Shown: in pieces, positions 40,903 through 49,347 of the stretch
Numbering within the stretch: the stretch's first letter is position 1
How the letters are laid out: each line of letters begins with the position of its first letter
Assembly: GCA_965204345.1 (NCBI GenBank)
Contig: OZ241981.1
Span: 960,001 to 1,024,000, forward strand
Reading direction: 5' to 3'
Source of the DNA: Nitrosopumilus sp.
GTDB lineage: Archaea > Thermoproteota > Nitrososphaeria > Nitrososphaerales > Nitrosopumilaceae
Length of the DNA stretch: 64,000 nt
The notes under the pieces: generated by a model
What the model was told of the DNA's origin: nothing
What the model saw: the letters and a program-made list of their open reading frames with translations, nothing else
Databases searched by the model: none
Program-made: the position numbers and the translations under genes

Positions 40903-41948
40903 TCTATTGTACGAAAATTATGTCCGCCTAAGCTCAGGCTTCAGGCAAGGGATCATTACCGCATATACCGATCACGAATAATGAAGAGAACCAGACTAAA
41001 AGAAGATCAGACCAGATATATCATACGGCAGCGCCAAAAGGGCACAGCTGCATCTGTTCTGGCCCAAACCATGCAGGTCAGCGCAAGGCATATCAGACGC
41101 ATATGGGCAGCCTACCCCAAGACCAGAACAATACTCCCCCACAGAAAGCCAGGAAGACCCAGAAAGACAGTATCATCTGAGGATGTACGTCGTGTTCTTA
41201 AGATATATGATGATATTCATGCAGGAGTAGTGCGCACGGCTCGCCTCCTCAGAAAGTCATCTCATATAAGCTACCATACAGTATACCAAATAATGAAATC
41301 CAACGGACTGGCCAGACTGTCTCCTGAAAAATCCAAGAAGAGAAAGTACGTCAGATATGAGCGACTGTATTCCAATGCAATGTGGCATGTGGACTGGCAC
41401 GTAATGAAGGATCCACGCCTGAAAGGACTGCAACTTGTGGCATATCTGGATGATGCATCCAGGTGCATAACGGGATTTGGGCTGTTTGATAGTGCTACAA
41501 GTCAGAACACTGTAGCCGTTTTGCGCAAGGCTATCAAGTCATTTGGTACGCCAGACCAGATACTTTCAGACAACGGCGCCCAGTTCACATCCCGAAACCG
41601 CGGTATACCTGCCAAGGGATGAAAGCCCACCGCCCTGATTGAGGCAGAAGCCTCGGAGAGAGGTATTGCCCTGATTAACTCGTGCTCCCACCACTTGGCA
41701 GACCAACGGCAAGATTGAGAGATTCTTCAGGACACTGGAGGATGAGCTTGGACACTTTAAGACGGTGGGGGAGTTCATGGACTTTTACAATGAGGATAGG
41801 CTGCATTTTTCTCTGGACATAGAGAACTGCCAAGTGCCCCTGATGGCATTTAAGATCAAAAAGGTTTCCTGATGCGATCAGAAAAAGCAATCAAAAATGG
41901 ATGGAGGTGGACATGAATGACTAGCGAATATGATTTTCATATAATACA
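40903..41948 (+). mobile_element. IS481-family insertion sequence (inactive)
   Basis: 25-bp imperfect TIRs (19/25 match), right end ...ATACA; GC-richer than its flanks. Confidence 0.88.
40981..41924 (+). pseudogene. IS481 transposase (nonsense at 41620, frameshift near 41697)
   Basis: HTH, WHVD...LDDASR...SDNG, then out-of-frame QTNGKIERFFRT...YNEDRLH. Confidence 0.88.
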
Positions 41949-42037
41949 CAATTGTATCTTATAACACAAAAGAGAAAAATGTCCAAAATATAGATATGCA
42001 AATTGATCGCTTGGTTGAATTTAGCTAAAATGATCCT

Positions 42038-42811
42038 ATGTACAGCTTTAATTTTTGGCTTGAGAACGTTTTAATAGTTGACATAGTTAAAAAAACTACA
42101 ATGATCCCAATTAAAATCAGATTCCCAGTTAATTTCATGAATGCTATAGATATTGAAGCCCAAGCTCAAGAATCTACACGATCCCAATACGCCGAACATA
42201 TGGTACGAAATGGTATTGCAATATTTATGATGCTAGATGATTTTGTGAATAAAAAAGATAGAGTTGGTATTAATATTTGCAGCTCAATTATTCGTATTGG
42301 CATTAATGATTTAGTTGATAGTGATGCCAAAATAAGACCAACTGAAACTTTTGAAATGTCTTATGATCCTACACAAAGATGGAAAGAAATTGAGGAGAAT
42401 TTTTCTAAAATGGAAAAATATCCTACGACTGTGAATTTTACAGATAAATTAACAGAATGGCTTCAAGTGGCTGCAGACACAGTGAAACAACCTCTAAACT
42501 TAATGATATTCATGTACATACAGGCCAGCTTTGTGGGTTGGCTATATCGATCTACAAGAAGTGAAAATAATCCTCGAGAGGATTTGGAAAAAATGGATAA
42601 AATCCTTGAGGAAATTAGAGGGGTATACGTTATTTTTAATATTACTGAAAAAGGAATTTCGATTAATTTAAAAAAAAGGATTAAAGGAAAAAAGTCCATC
42701 AAAGATAAAGATTTGATCGGATTAATTACAAGCCCGTTAGTTGAACGACTAGGAACCACTAACGGGAAAATACAACCACAAGACAGAGAATCCGGAGGTT
42801 ATGTATTCTGA
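42038..42811 (+). CDS. Hypothetical protein with probable tandem RHH-like domains
   Basis: IKIRFPVNFMNAIDIEAQAQESTRSQY and PTTVNFTDKLTEWLQVAA; N-terminal part resembles the 40668 protein. Confidence 0.6.
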   Translation: MYSFNFWLENVLIVDIVKKTTMIPIKIRFPVNFMNAIDIEAQAQESTRSQYAEHMVRNGIAIFMMLDDFVNKKDRVGINICSSIIRIGINDLVDSDAKIRPTETFEMSYDPTQRWKEIEENFSKMEKYPTTVNFTDKLTEWLQVAADTVKQPLNLMIFMYIQASFVGWLYRSTRSENNPREDLEKMDKILEEIRGVYVIFNITEKGISINLKKRIKGKKSIKDKDLIGLITSPLVERLGTTNGKIQPQDRESGGYVF

Positions 42812-43104
42812 TTAGATCAAGATTGTTTTATCTTAAAAGTATTTTGTTAAGATTTTTTGATCGCTTTAAGCATAATTCCGATCTAAAAAAAGCGTTGGTT
42901 TTAGCTGTTCTTACAGATATCAAAAACAAAAGTATGCAGCATATTCTGGAATTAATTTATTTTCTCTTGCTCTTTTTCTCAAATCCTTGATTTGAGTAAA
43001 ACCAATATGTTTTGTAGCTTATGTATCACCCAGATTATCTCTGATTTTTTATTGATAATTATAGCGTCCGTAATTGTAACTTATCTTACATCTTCGTACC
43101 CTAA

Positions 43105-43203
43105 AAGAATGGGTGACCCTTGGTATGTCTTACTGAAAAATTATAGTCATTGACTAGAATCTTAAATATTTTTCATCTAGTTTTGATTTTTTAGTTTTGT
43201 CAA
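43105..43203 (-). pseudogene. HicA toxin remnant directly downstream of hicB
   Basis: TTG abuts the hicB stop; MTKLKNQN*MK/IFKILVNDYNFSVRHTKGH with a stop and a frameshift. Confidence 0.6.
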
Positions 43204-43443
43204 TTATACAGTAATTTTTAGAATTTGTTTGTGTTTTGATTTCATCAGGTTTTCTTCTAAAACCAAATCAATTGCTTCTTTCATATTACTTTGTAATTCT
43301 TCTAATGTTTCTCCTTGGGATATTGCAGCAGGTAATTCAAGACAACTACCTGAAAAACCTCCTTCATCTTCTTTTTCTACCAAAATTGTATAACTTGAAA
43401 CTGTTTTATCTTCACTCATTTTTATCTGATTTAGATATGTCAT
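43204..43443 (-). CDS. HicB antitoxin
   Basis: YTILVEKEDEGGFSGSCLELPAAISQGETLEELQSNMKEAIDLVLE. Confidence 0.9.
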   Translation of the reverse strand: MTYLNQIKMSEDKTVSSYTILVEKEDEGGFSGSCLELPAAISQGETLEELQSNMKEAIDLVLEENLMKSKHKQILKITV

Positions 43444-43489
43444 TTTTCAATATTTAAACACAATTATTGTGATATACCCTGACATACAT

Positions 43490-43588
43490 TTTAATTGCAT
43501 TTTGAATTAATGTAATCCATTTGTTTATCTCTTCTATGAAGATATTGCATACGTCTGAAGTCTTTTCATTCAGGGATATATGAGGATG
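43490..43588 (-). pseudogene. IS6-like transposase C-terminal remnant
   Basis: HPHISLNEKTSDVCNIFIEEINKWITLIQNA; same WITLIQN tail as 44993-45268. Confidence 0.65.
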
Positions 43589-43594
43589 ACAACC

Positions 43595-44180
43595 CTCAAG
43601 AGGCTGAGGGCAAAGAAAATTTCCGTATTGCTATTAACTAATTCCTCAAAGTATGATCTTGAGGATGCAAAAGAAACATTGGTAGTGGAAAACTTGCACA
43701 GAAACAAGATGAATACCAAAGATACGACTGCAGGATGTGTGTCTTCTTGACTGAAAAAACTGGCAAGTCAAAGGCCGCACAATCCCTTGGAATTTCATCC
43801 CAGACCCTAAAGAAATACCTTGGATTTGCAGCGGTTCCAGATAGATTAAGACAGCATGGCCCACAAGAAATTTCTCGTGATGATCTCACCAAACTATACC
43901 AAATAATTTCCAATATCCAAAAAATTGAAAACATTATACAAAAAAAATAGCCCCATTGGACACAAAGCTCCGAAAAGAATACCTCCGTGTATTGGCTCGC
44001 AGTCCAAAGTCATCCCATAAAAAATTATTAAAAATTGCAAAATCCCGCATGCTGCAACAAAAAATCAAACTTGAGTTGACAAAGGGTGCTGCAAGAAAAT
44101 TAAAAAAACACGCAAGCAAAAACAATGTGAATCCTGATCAGATGGCAAACAAGATTCTATCTGACTGGCTCAAAAAATAA
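43595..44180 (+). pseudogene. ParB/Spo0J-like protein remnant
   Basis: LKRLRAKKISVLL...ETLVVENLHR (ParB ENxxR), then frameshifts, HTH KAAQSLGISSQTLKKYL and a C-terminal RHH-like tail; 5' end missing. Confidence 0.7.
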
Positions 44181-44363
44181 GCACACATGTGGTGTACCTA
44201 GTAAAAATTACACATGATGGAATTAATGATTTACAAAATAGAAAAAATTATTCGAGTAGGACGTTAAAAATTGTCTAATTGGATCTCGCAAATAATTAAT
44301 TCCTAAATCAGAAATTTTTGAGAATAGAACTCGTGATGGTTGCCAAGTATGGTATATGACATA

Positions 44364-44490
44364 TGTCTGAAAAACACATATCTCCTCAGGATACATAGGT
44401 TCAAATCATTCCTAACGGATTGTGACTATAGCTTGAATCAGCTAATAAAATTCACTAATAATCTAATTCATGACTAGAAGCTAAACCCCC
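44364..44490 (+). repeat. ~125-bp direct repeat, copy 2
   Basis: Aligns by eye with 38474-38598. Confidence 0.85.
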
Positions 44491-44586
44491 CAAGATTTGT
44501 CCCTATTTTTTTAGTTGATCGTTTTTAGTAAAACTGTCATTGGAAATATGGGAAACCCTTATATTCAAATTTATTGATTCATCAAC

Positions 44587-44772
44587 ATGAATAAAACCAA
44601 TTCACAACGTGCAATCAAGCTTGTGTTTACACAAGAGCAAATTGAAGAACAGGTGAAATTCACACAAGACCTAGAACAAGGCAATGTCGAGACCGCTTTC
44701 GAAGGATCATTCTTAGAAGGTAAGGCGTTTTTAGAAGGAGTAAGCGAACTTGTGGAAAGTCGCATTCACTAA
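44587..44772 (+). CDS. Small acidic protein, putative antitoxin
   Basis: 61 aa; overlaps the downstream RelE-like gene. Confidence 0.5.
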   Translation: MNKTNSQRAIKLVFTQEQIEEQVKFTQDLEQGNVETAFEGSFLEGKAFLEGVSELVESRIH

Positions 44773-45025
44773 AAAATTCTTCATCCAATTTATGAAGTTA
44801 GAAAATAACGCTAGAAAATTCGTAATGGAATATGTTGATTATATACTTGATAATGCAAACAACACAGAGAAATTCGAATATGACATAGTTGATGAATATG
44901 AAGATAGCGTTGAGACCATGCAAATGCCTGTTAACTACAAAGTCGTTACAGAAGAGGAAAAAGTGTACATTATTTCTGTTAATACTACTGGTCTAGAACA
45001 ACATAAAAAACATAGACAATTTTAA
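44750..45025 (+). CDS. RelE/ParE-like toxin (atypical)
   Basis: N-terminal WKVAFTKKF..QF.KL and C-terminal VNYKV..EEKVYIISV. Confidence 0.5.
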   Translation: MWKVAFTKKFFIQFMKLENNARKFVMEYVDYILDNANNTEKFEYDIVDEYEDSVETMQMPVNYKVVTEEEKVYIISVNTTGLEQHKKHRQF

Positions 45026-45268
45026 TTTTTTACTGGTGTTTTGAATTAATGTAATCCATGTATTGTCTCCTTTGGTTTCCGTTCCATATTTCTCATTAGA
45101 CGGTGTCATATTACCTAATGCACTATGAGGTCTAATGTAGTTATGAAACAACTGATAGCCTGTTAGTATAATAGAATCTTTTTTCTTTGTTTCTCTCATT
45201 ACTTTTTCTCTGTATCTAATTTCACAAAGAATCAAAAATAAATGTCCATATACATAACACCATATCAC
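44993..45268 (-). pseudogene. IS6-like transposase C-terminal remnant
   Basis: EIRYREKVMR..KKKDSIILTGYQLFHNYIRPHSALGNMTP...WITLIQN. Confidence 0.8.
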
Positions 45269-45285
45269 AGATAAGGAGTGTAATC

Positions 45286-45504
45286 ATGGTGAATGAATTA
45301 AAAGTAAAGTTAGAAAAATCAAAAGAGGGCATGATTGCTCAATCTCTGGACAATCCAGAGATTATCGTTACAGGTTCAAACAAGACGGAGATAAAATCTG
45401 AATTAAAAGAGATTCTCTTGGGATATGTAGAGGCATATCCTGAGACAAAGAAAGAGTTTTTTGTAAATAATAAAATGATTGATGTAAAATTCATTGATGT
45501 TTAA
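45286..45504 (+). CDS. HicB-like small protein
   Basis: GMIAQSLDNPEIIVTGSNKTEIKSELKEIL resembles the HicB N-domain; AAGGAG RBS. Confidence 0.55.
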   Translation: MVNELKVKLEKSKEGMIAQSLDNPEIIVTGSNKTEIKSELKEILLGYVEAYPETKKEFFVNNKMIDVKFIDV

Positions 45505-46122
45505 CTGGCATTATTTTAAAAAAGTTTGAGACACATTTGAACATTACCAAGATGCTACATCTTCTCATGTCTTATAAGATAATAACTACAATACCCTTCT
45601 CTGCATTTTAGTAATTTTGTTTATTGCTTGGTTTTCTGTAATAGAGCACATATTTGTTGGTTTTTACAAATATGGTGATCTTTGTCTATGTGTATGGATT
45701 GTGATTATGAAGGTGTATGTTTTGGATCTAGAGATAATGTAGCTTATGATGAGTATTTACAATGCAATGCCATTTGAAACCTAAATAATAACTCAAAAAA
45801 TTTTGGAAATACACTGATTGCCATGAATTAATTATATCAAGATCACATCAGGTATGATTGAAAGCCGAGTCTTTTTCTAAACCAAGCATTTGAATTAATA
45901 CTGATAAGACTAAAGAGATAGGATCTTTCTTATCTTGATGTTAAAAAAGAAATTCAGATTTGATGTATAGATGAAAATCTTCAATGACAGCAGATCACCA
46001 GAATAATAAAAAATAAGTTTTCTCAATGCAGCTTTTCAGATTTGACTGACATCAAAAAAAATCAAAGCATATGAAAAAAAACTCTACAAACCCTTAAAAT
46101 GGTAATTAATTGCTAGGTGGTT

Positions 46123-46197
46123 GGGCCCATAGCTCAGCATGGATAGAGTGTTGGACTTCTAATCCAATGGTCAAGGGATCGAAGCCCTTTGGGCCCG
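46123..46197 (+). tRNA. tRNA-Arg(UCU)
   Basis: GGGCCCA/TGGGCCC acceptor stem; anticodon arm TTGGA-CT-TCT-AA-TCCAA; no intron; CCA not encoded. Confidence 0.96.
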
Positions 46198-46198
46198 C

Positions 46199-46591
46199 TT
46201 GACAAAACTATTAACAGGATTTGATGTCAAGTTTTCTGTGGAAGATTTAGAATTTGAATTAAATTCAGCAGAGATTCATCCAGATTCTCAGATCAAAGGG
46301 ACAATTGCAGTTGCATATCCAGGTAGGTATGACGGGGTTGTGATAAACACGCAGATTTCAGATTCAAATGAGCACATTATCTACAAATCATATAATCAAA
46401 AGGCAATTTCACAAAATGTGTCGCGGTTGTTTATCAGCAAGGACGCAATGCCTGAGCACAGGGCAGAATTTACAGCAGTAATTAGTTTTGAGACAGAAAA
46501 AGAGCATGAGATCAAATTCAGGGTTTCAATTATCGAGCAGCACAAGGAGATTCAAAGCAAGATAATATTTGCAAGATATTCCAGCAGCTAG
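46199..46591 (+). CDS. Hypothetical beta-sandwich protein (true start probably ~46238)
   Basis: Beta-rich ORF. Confidence 0.65.
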   Translation: MTKLLTGFDVKFSVEDLEFELNSAEIHPDSQIKGTIAVAYPGRYDGVVINTQISDSNEHIIYKSYNQKAISQNVSRLFISKDAMPEHRAEFTAVISFETEKEHEIKFRVSIIEQHKEIQSKIIFARYSSS

Positions 46592-47052
46592 AACCTGCTC
46601 TTTTCTACGGTAATCACACCAGTCATCCATGGATGAGGGGTACAGTGATATGAAACCTCCTGGGGTTCAGTAAACAAGAACTCGTACCTGTCACCGGGTT
46701 TTAAGACTCCAGTTGAGCCAAAATCGCCACTGTATCTATCTGCATGCCTGTGGTCAGGGGTAACTGTATGCGCAGTATCATCGTTGTTTACCCATACGAC
46801 GTTGTTGCTGATGGTCAGCAAAACCACAGGCTTGTTTGGCACGTAACTTTCATTTCCCTCAGTCACAGCACCTGGAACTATCTCGATGAGAAATTCTGCA
46901 TTATCAGGATGCAAGATGTGATCTGCCACAGAGGGCTTTGTCAGGGACTCGGGAAGATAAAACGACGTGTAAAAGATAAGAGATGCAGACATTCCAACAA
47001 TTAGTGCAATCATTCCAATACCATATGCGTGGCTTGATGTGGGTGCGCTCAT
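46588..47052 (-). CDS. Membrane-anchored plastocyanin-like type-1 copper protein (complex III third subunit)
   Basis: TM helix; WVNND..HTVT...YHCTPHPWM; in operon with cytochrome b. Confidence 0.9.
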   Translation of the reverse strand: MSAPTSSHAYGIGMIALIVGMSASLIFYTSFYLPESLTKPSVADHILHPDNAEFLIEIVPGAVTEGNESYVPNKPVVLLTISNNVVWVNNDDTAHTVTPDHRHADRYSGDFGSTGVLKPGDRYEFLFTEPQEVSYHCTPHPWMTGVITVEKSRF

Positions 47053-48716
47053 AATTTTTTCACTCCGTCAGGATGATTATCAGAAGCTGTGGCAGCATTT
47101 GAATCGTTGCTTGCAGCAGCAGTAGCAGCAGTAGTAGTAGCGCCTACGCCTCTTTCTCCCGAGTCTGTTGCTGTTGCAGCTTGGGTTTTAGGTACGGACA
47201 GCACTTCTGGTGCCAGCTCCTTTGGAGGCTGTTTTGCATCAGATGCAGGCTGTTTACCATTACTATCATCTGCAAGCTTGCCTGGCTCTGCAGGTGCCTC
47301 TGGTTCTGGAAGCTTTGGCTTTTCTTCAACCACAGGTACCGGAGATGGTGGGGGCATGTTCTTTTGCTGGCTCATCGCGTACCTGTACAGGTGGAAGAAT
47401 GCGGCAAACACCAGCAGTATAATACCTATAAAGAACAGCGAGATGTTCTTCATTCCAATCAGGGCGGCATTGTATGCTGCGATATTTAAGAACACCTGGA
47501 ATGCCAGCAATGCAACTAGCAGCCAGTTAATCCATTTTTCAGAGAGGTTGATTGTGGCGACCTTTTGCGGTCCGTTGCTCTTGGCAAGTTTGGATTTTCT
47601 TTCGGCCTCGTTTGCCAGCTTGATCATCATGTATGTAAACCCGAATCCCAGCGGAACCAGCAGTATCATCGTTGAGTAAAAGAAGATTGGATCAATTACC
47701 AGACGCTCAACTAGCGGAATCGTGGTGTCAGGCGATATATAGAATCCCCAATAGGTGGTAACCATGATTTGTGCAAGACTCGTAATACCAAATGCAGTGA
47801 TAATCGGTCTGTCTCTCCATGAGAACTTTTTGTACCTGTCAATGAACGGTATTAGCACAAAGGATATGATAAACAACAACGGCCACATCAGCCCTGTAAC
47901 AAACTTGTCATACTGCGTCCTCATAAAGGCATAGATTCCAGTCAGATACCACTCTGGAACAGTAACCCCCGGAGGCACCGTGGGCTCAAACTTGAATCCC
48001 AGATCAATGGGGAATACTCCTCCGGTAATCAGTATTGCGCCTCCAATTGCCATCACCATTGGCACATCAAAGACCAGAAACCTCGGAAAGTGGACTGCCA
48101 TTAACCCCAGCATTACAATGGGCAGCAAGAAGACATGCTGTGCATAGAATCTTAACACAAAGTCTGAGAATCCGCTGCCCAGCGCCGCATCACGTATTGT
48201 GGGTCCGACAACGGGTATGGAGGTAGTCAGCGATGCGGCAATGCTGATTGCAAGCTCTGCCCTCTCACTGAAGATGACATCATATCCGGTAAATGCCTCA
48301 AGAATTGTGACAGTCCCAAGAATGACTCCGGTCATCCACAGTACCTCGTTTCTGATCTTGTATCTTCCGCTAAAGTACTGATAATACATGTGAAGTACTG
48401 CCAAGAGCACCATGGCATTTGAGCCGTGATAGTGGATGTTCCTAATATGAAAACCAAATGGAACCTCGTCATTGATGTACTGGACGCTGTCCCAGGCCCT
48501 GTCAAGTATCGGCTGGTAATAAAACATCAGCAGGGCACCTGAGACGCCAAGAATAATAAAGACGATAAAGGTCAGCATTCCCAAGAATCCAAACGGGCTT
48601 ACAAACCTGGCTGGAAACGAGAACTTTATTGCAGTAAAGATTGTCCTGTCTACCCCGTCCCACAGCCAATAAAGCAGCGCTACGATCCCGGTTCTTCGCT
48701 TAAGCGAAACGGCCAT
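47049..48716 (-). CDS. petB: Cytochrome b of complex III
   Basis: RNIHYH...LHMYYQ, FTGY, HVF...HF and VPEWY motifs. Confidence 0.95.
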   Translation of the reverse strand: MAVSLKRRTGIVALLYWLWDGVDRTIFTAIKFSFPARFVSPFGFLGMLTFIVFIILGVSGALLMFYYQPILDRAWDSVQYINDEVPFGFHIRNIHYHGSNAMVLLAVLHMYYQYFSGRYKIRNEVLWMTGVILGTVTILEAFTGYDVIFSERAELAISIAASLTTSIPVVGPTIRDAALGSGFSDFVLRFYAQHVFLLPIVMLGLMAVHFPRFLVFDVPMVMAIGGAILITGGVFPIDLGFKFEPTVPPGVTVPEWYLTGIYAFMRTQYDKFVTGLMWPLLFIISFVLIPFIDRYKKFSWRDRPIITAFGITSLAQIMVTTYWGFYISPDTTIPLVERLVIDPIFFYSTMILLVPLGFGFTYMMIKLANEAERKSKLAKSNGPQKVATINLSEKWINWLLVALLAFQVFLNIAAYNAALIGMKNISLFFIGIILLVFAAFFHLYRYAMSQQKNMPPPSPVPVVEEKPKLPEPEAPAEPGKLADDSNGKQPASDAKQPPKELAPEVLSVPKTQAATATDSGERGVGATTTAATAAASNDSNAATASDNHPDGVKKL

Positions 48717-49305
48717 ATCCAATTACTCCATTTTCGTTTACGTTAAACTTTGGCGGCATGATAAACACAGAGCCGTCTGGATCAATGTCCAAAGTCAACT
48801 CAGGCAGAGTGTTTGAGGGTTCGGCCTGTACTGATGCGGGACCTTCAAACGCAGTCCCAGTTGTTGCATCATAGCTGCTTCCATGACACGGACACTCTCC
48901 GCGCTTTCTGTTATCATCAGGCCAGTACTTCCACAGACACCATAAATGTAAACAAATCATACTGTAAGCTCTAAAGGCAGTGGTATCCTTCTTTTGGCCG
49001 CCCAGTTCTTCAGGTAGCCTGATAAACTGCCACTTGCGAAAGGCCTCTGCATCAAGTGCTGCATCGCCGGTTGCAGGATACGTAATGACTTCGGCATGGT
49101 TGACCGGATAGGTGTTAATGTTGGCATGTGCCCCATCAGGCAGGATTACTGGAACCCTTTCAAGGGAGGCCTGGTTTGGGTTTGGCATAAAGTTGCCAAA
49201 CGGGACAAAAGGGGCAAAAGCTAATCCCGTGCCTGCCGCACCCATTAGTTTGAGAAAGTCTCTTCGGGATAATCCGCCAGACTTTTTTGTCCCCAGTTCT
49301 GACAT
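48700..49305 (-). CDS. Rieske 2Fe-2S protein of complex III
   Basis: Tat signal SRRDFLK; CLHLWC and CPCHGS. Confidence 0.95.
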   Translation of the reverse strand: MSELGTKKSGGLSRRDFLKLMGAAGTGLAFAPFVPFGNFMPNPNQASLERVPVILPDGAHANINTYPVNHAEVITYPATGDAALDAEAFRKWQFIRLPEELGGQKKDTTAFRAYSMICLHLWCLWKYWPDDNRKRGECPCHGSSYDATTGTAFEGPASVQAEPSNTLPELTLDIDPDGSVFIMPPKFNVNENGVIGYGRFA

Positions 49306-49347
49306 TCAGCTCTCATGCTCGCCAAATTGCTTATAAACCTTATTCAA

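Larger units (their letters stand above)
40668..42028 (+). pseudogene. Ribbon-helix-helix-like gene interrupted by IS481
   Basis: Removing 40903-41948 rejoins the frame (C+CA gives Pro) and yields a 104-aa ORF ending GSVPIVSYNTKEKNVQNIDMQIDRLVEFS*. Confidence 0.7.
36625..46090. mobile_element. AT-rich decayed genomic island between ogg and tRNA-Arg
   Basis: Low coding density and visibly AT-rich; contains TA genes, IS481, transposase remnants, a ParB pseudogene and internal repeats; boundaries approximate. Confidence 0.75.

Noticed and set aside
37749-43179. Three in-frame TAG codons suggesting amber recoding
   Set aside because: Two come from one duplicated mutation, one copy also has a frameshift, and TAG is used as a normal stop in core genes such as serS
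36625-46090. Casposon or provirus
   Set aside because: No Cas1-like casposase, PolB, capsid or packaging ATPase, and no long terminal inverted repeats
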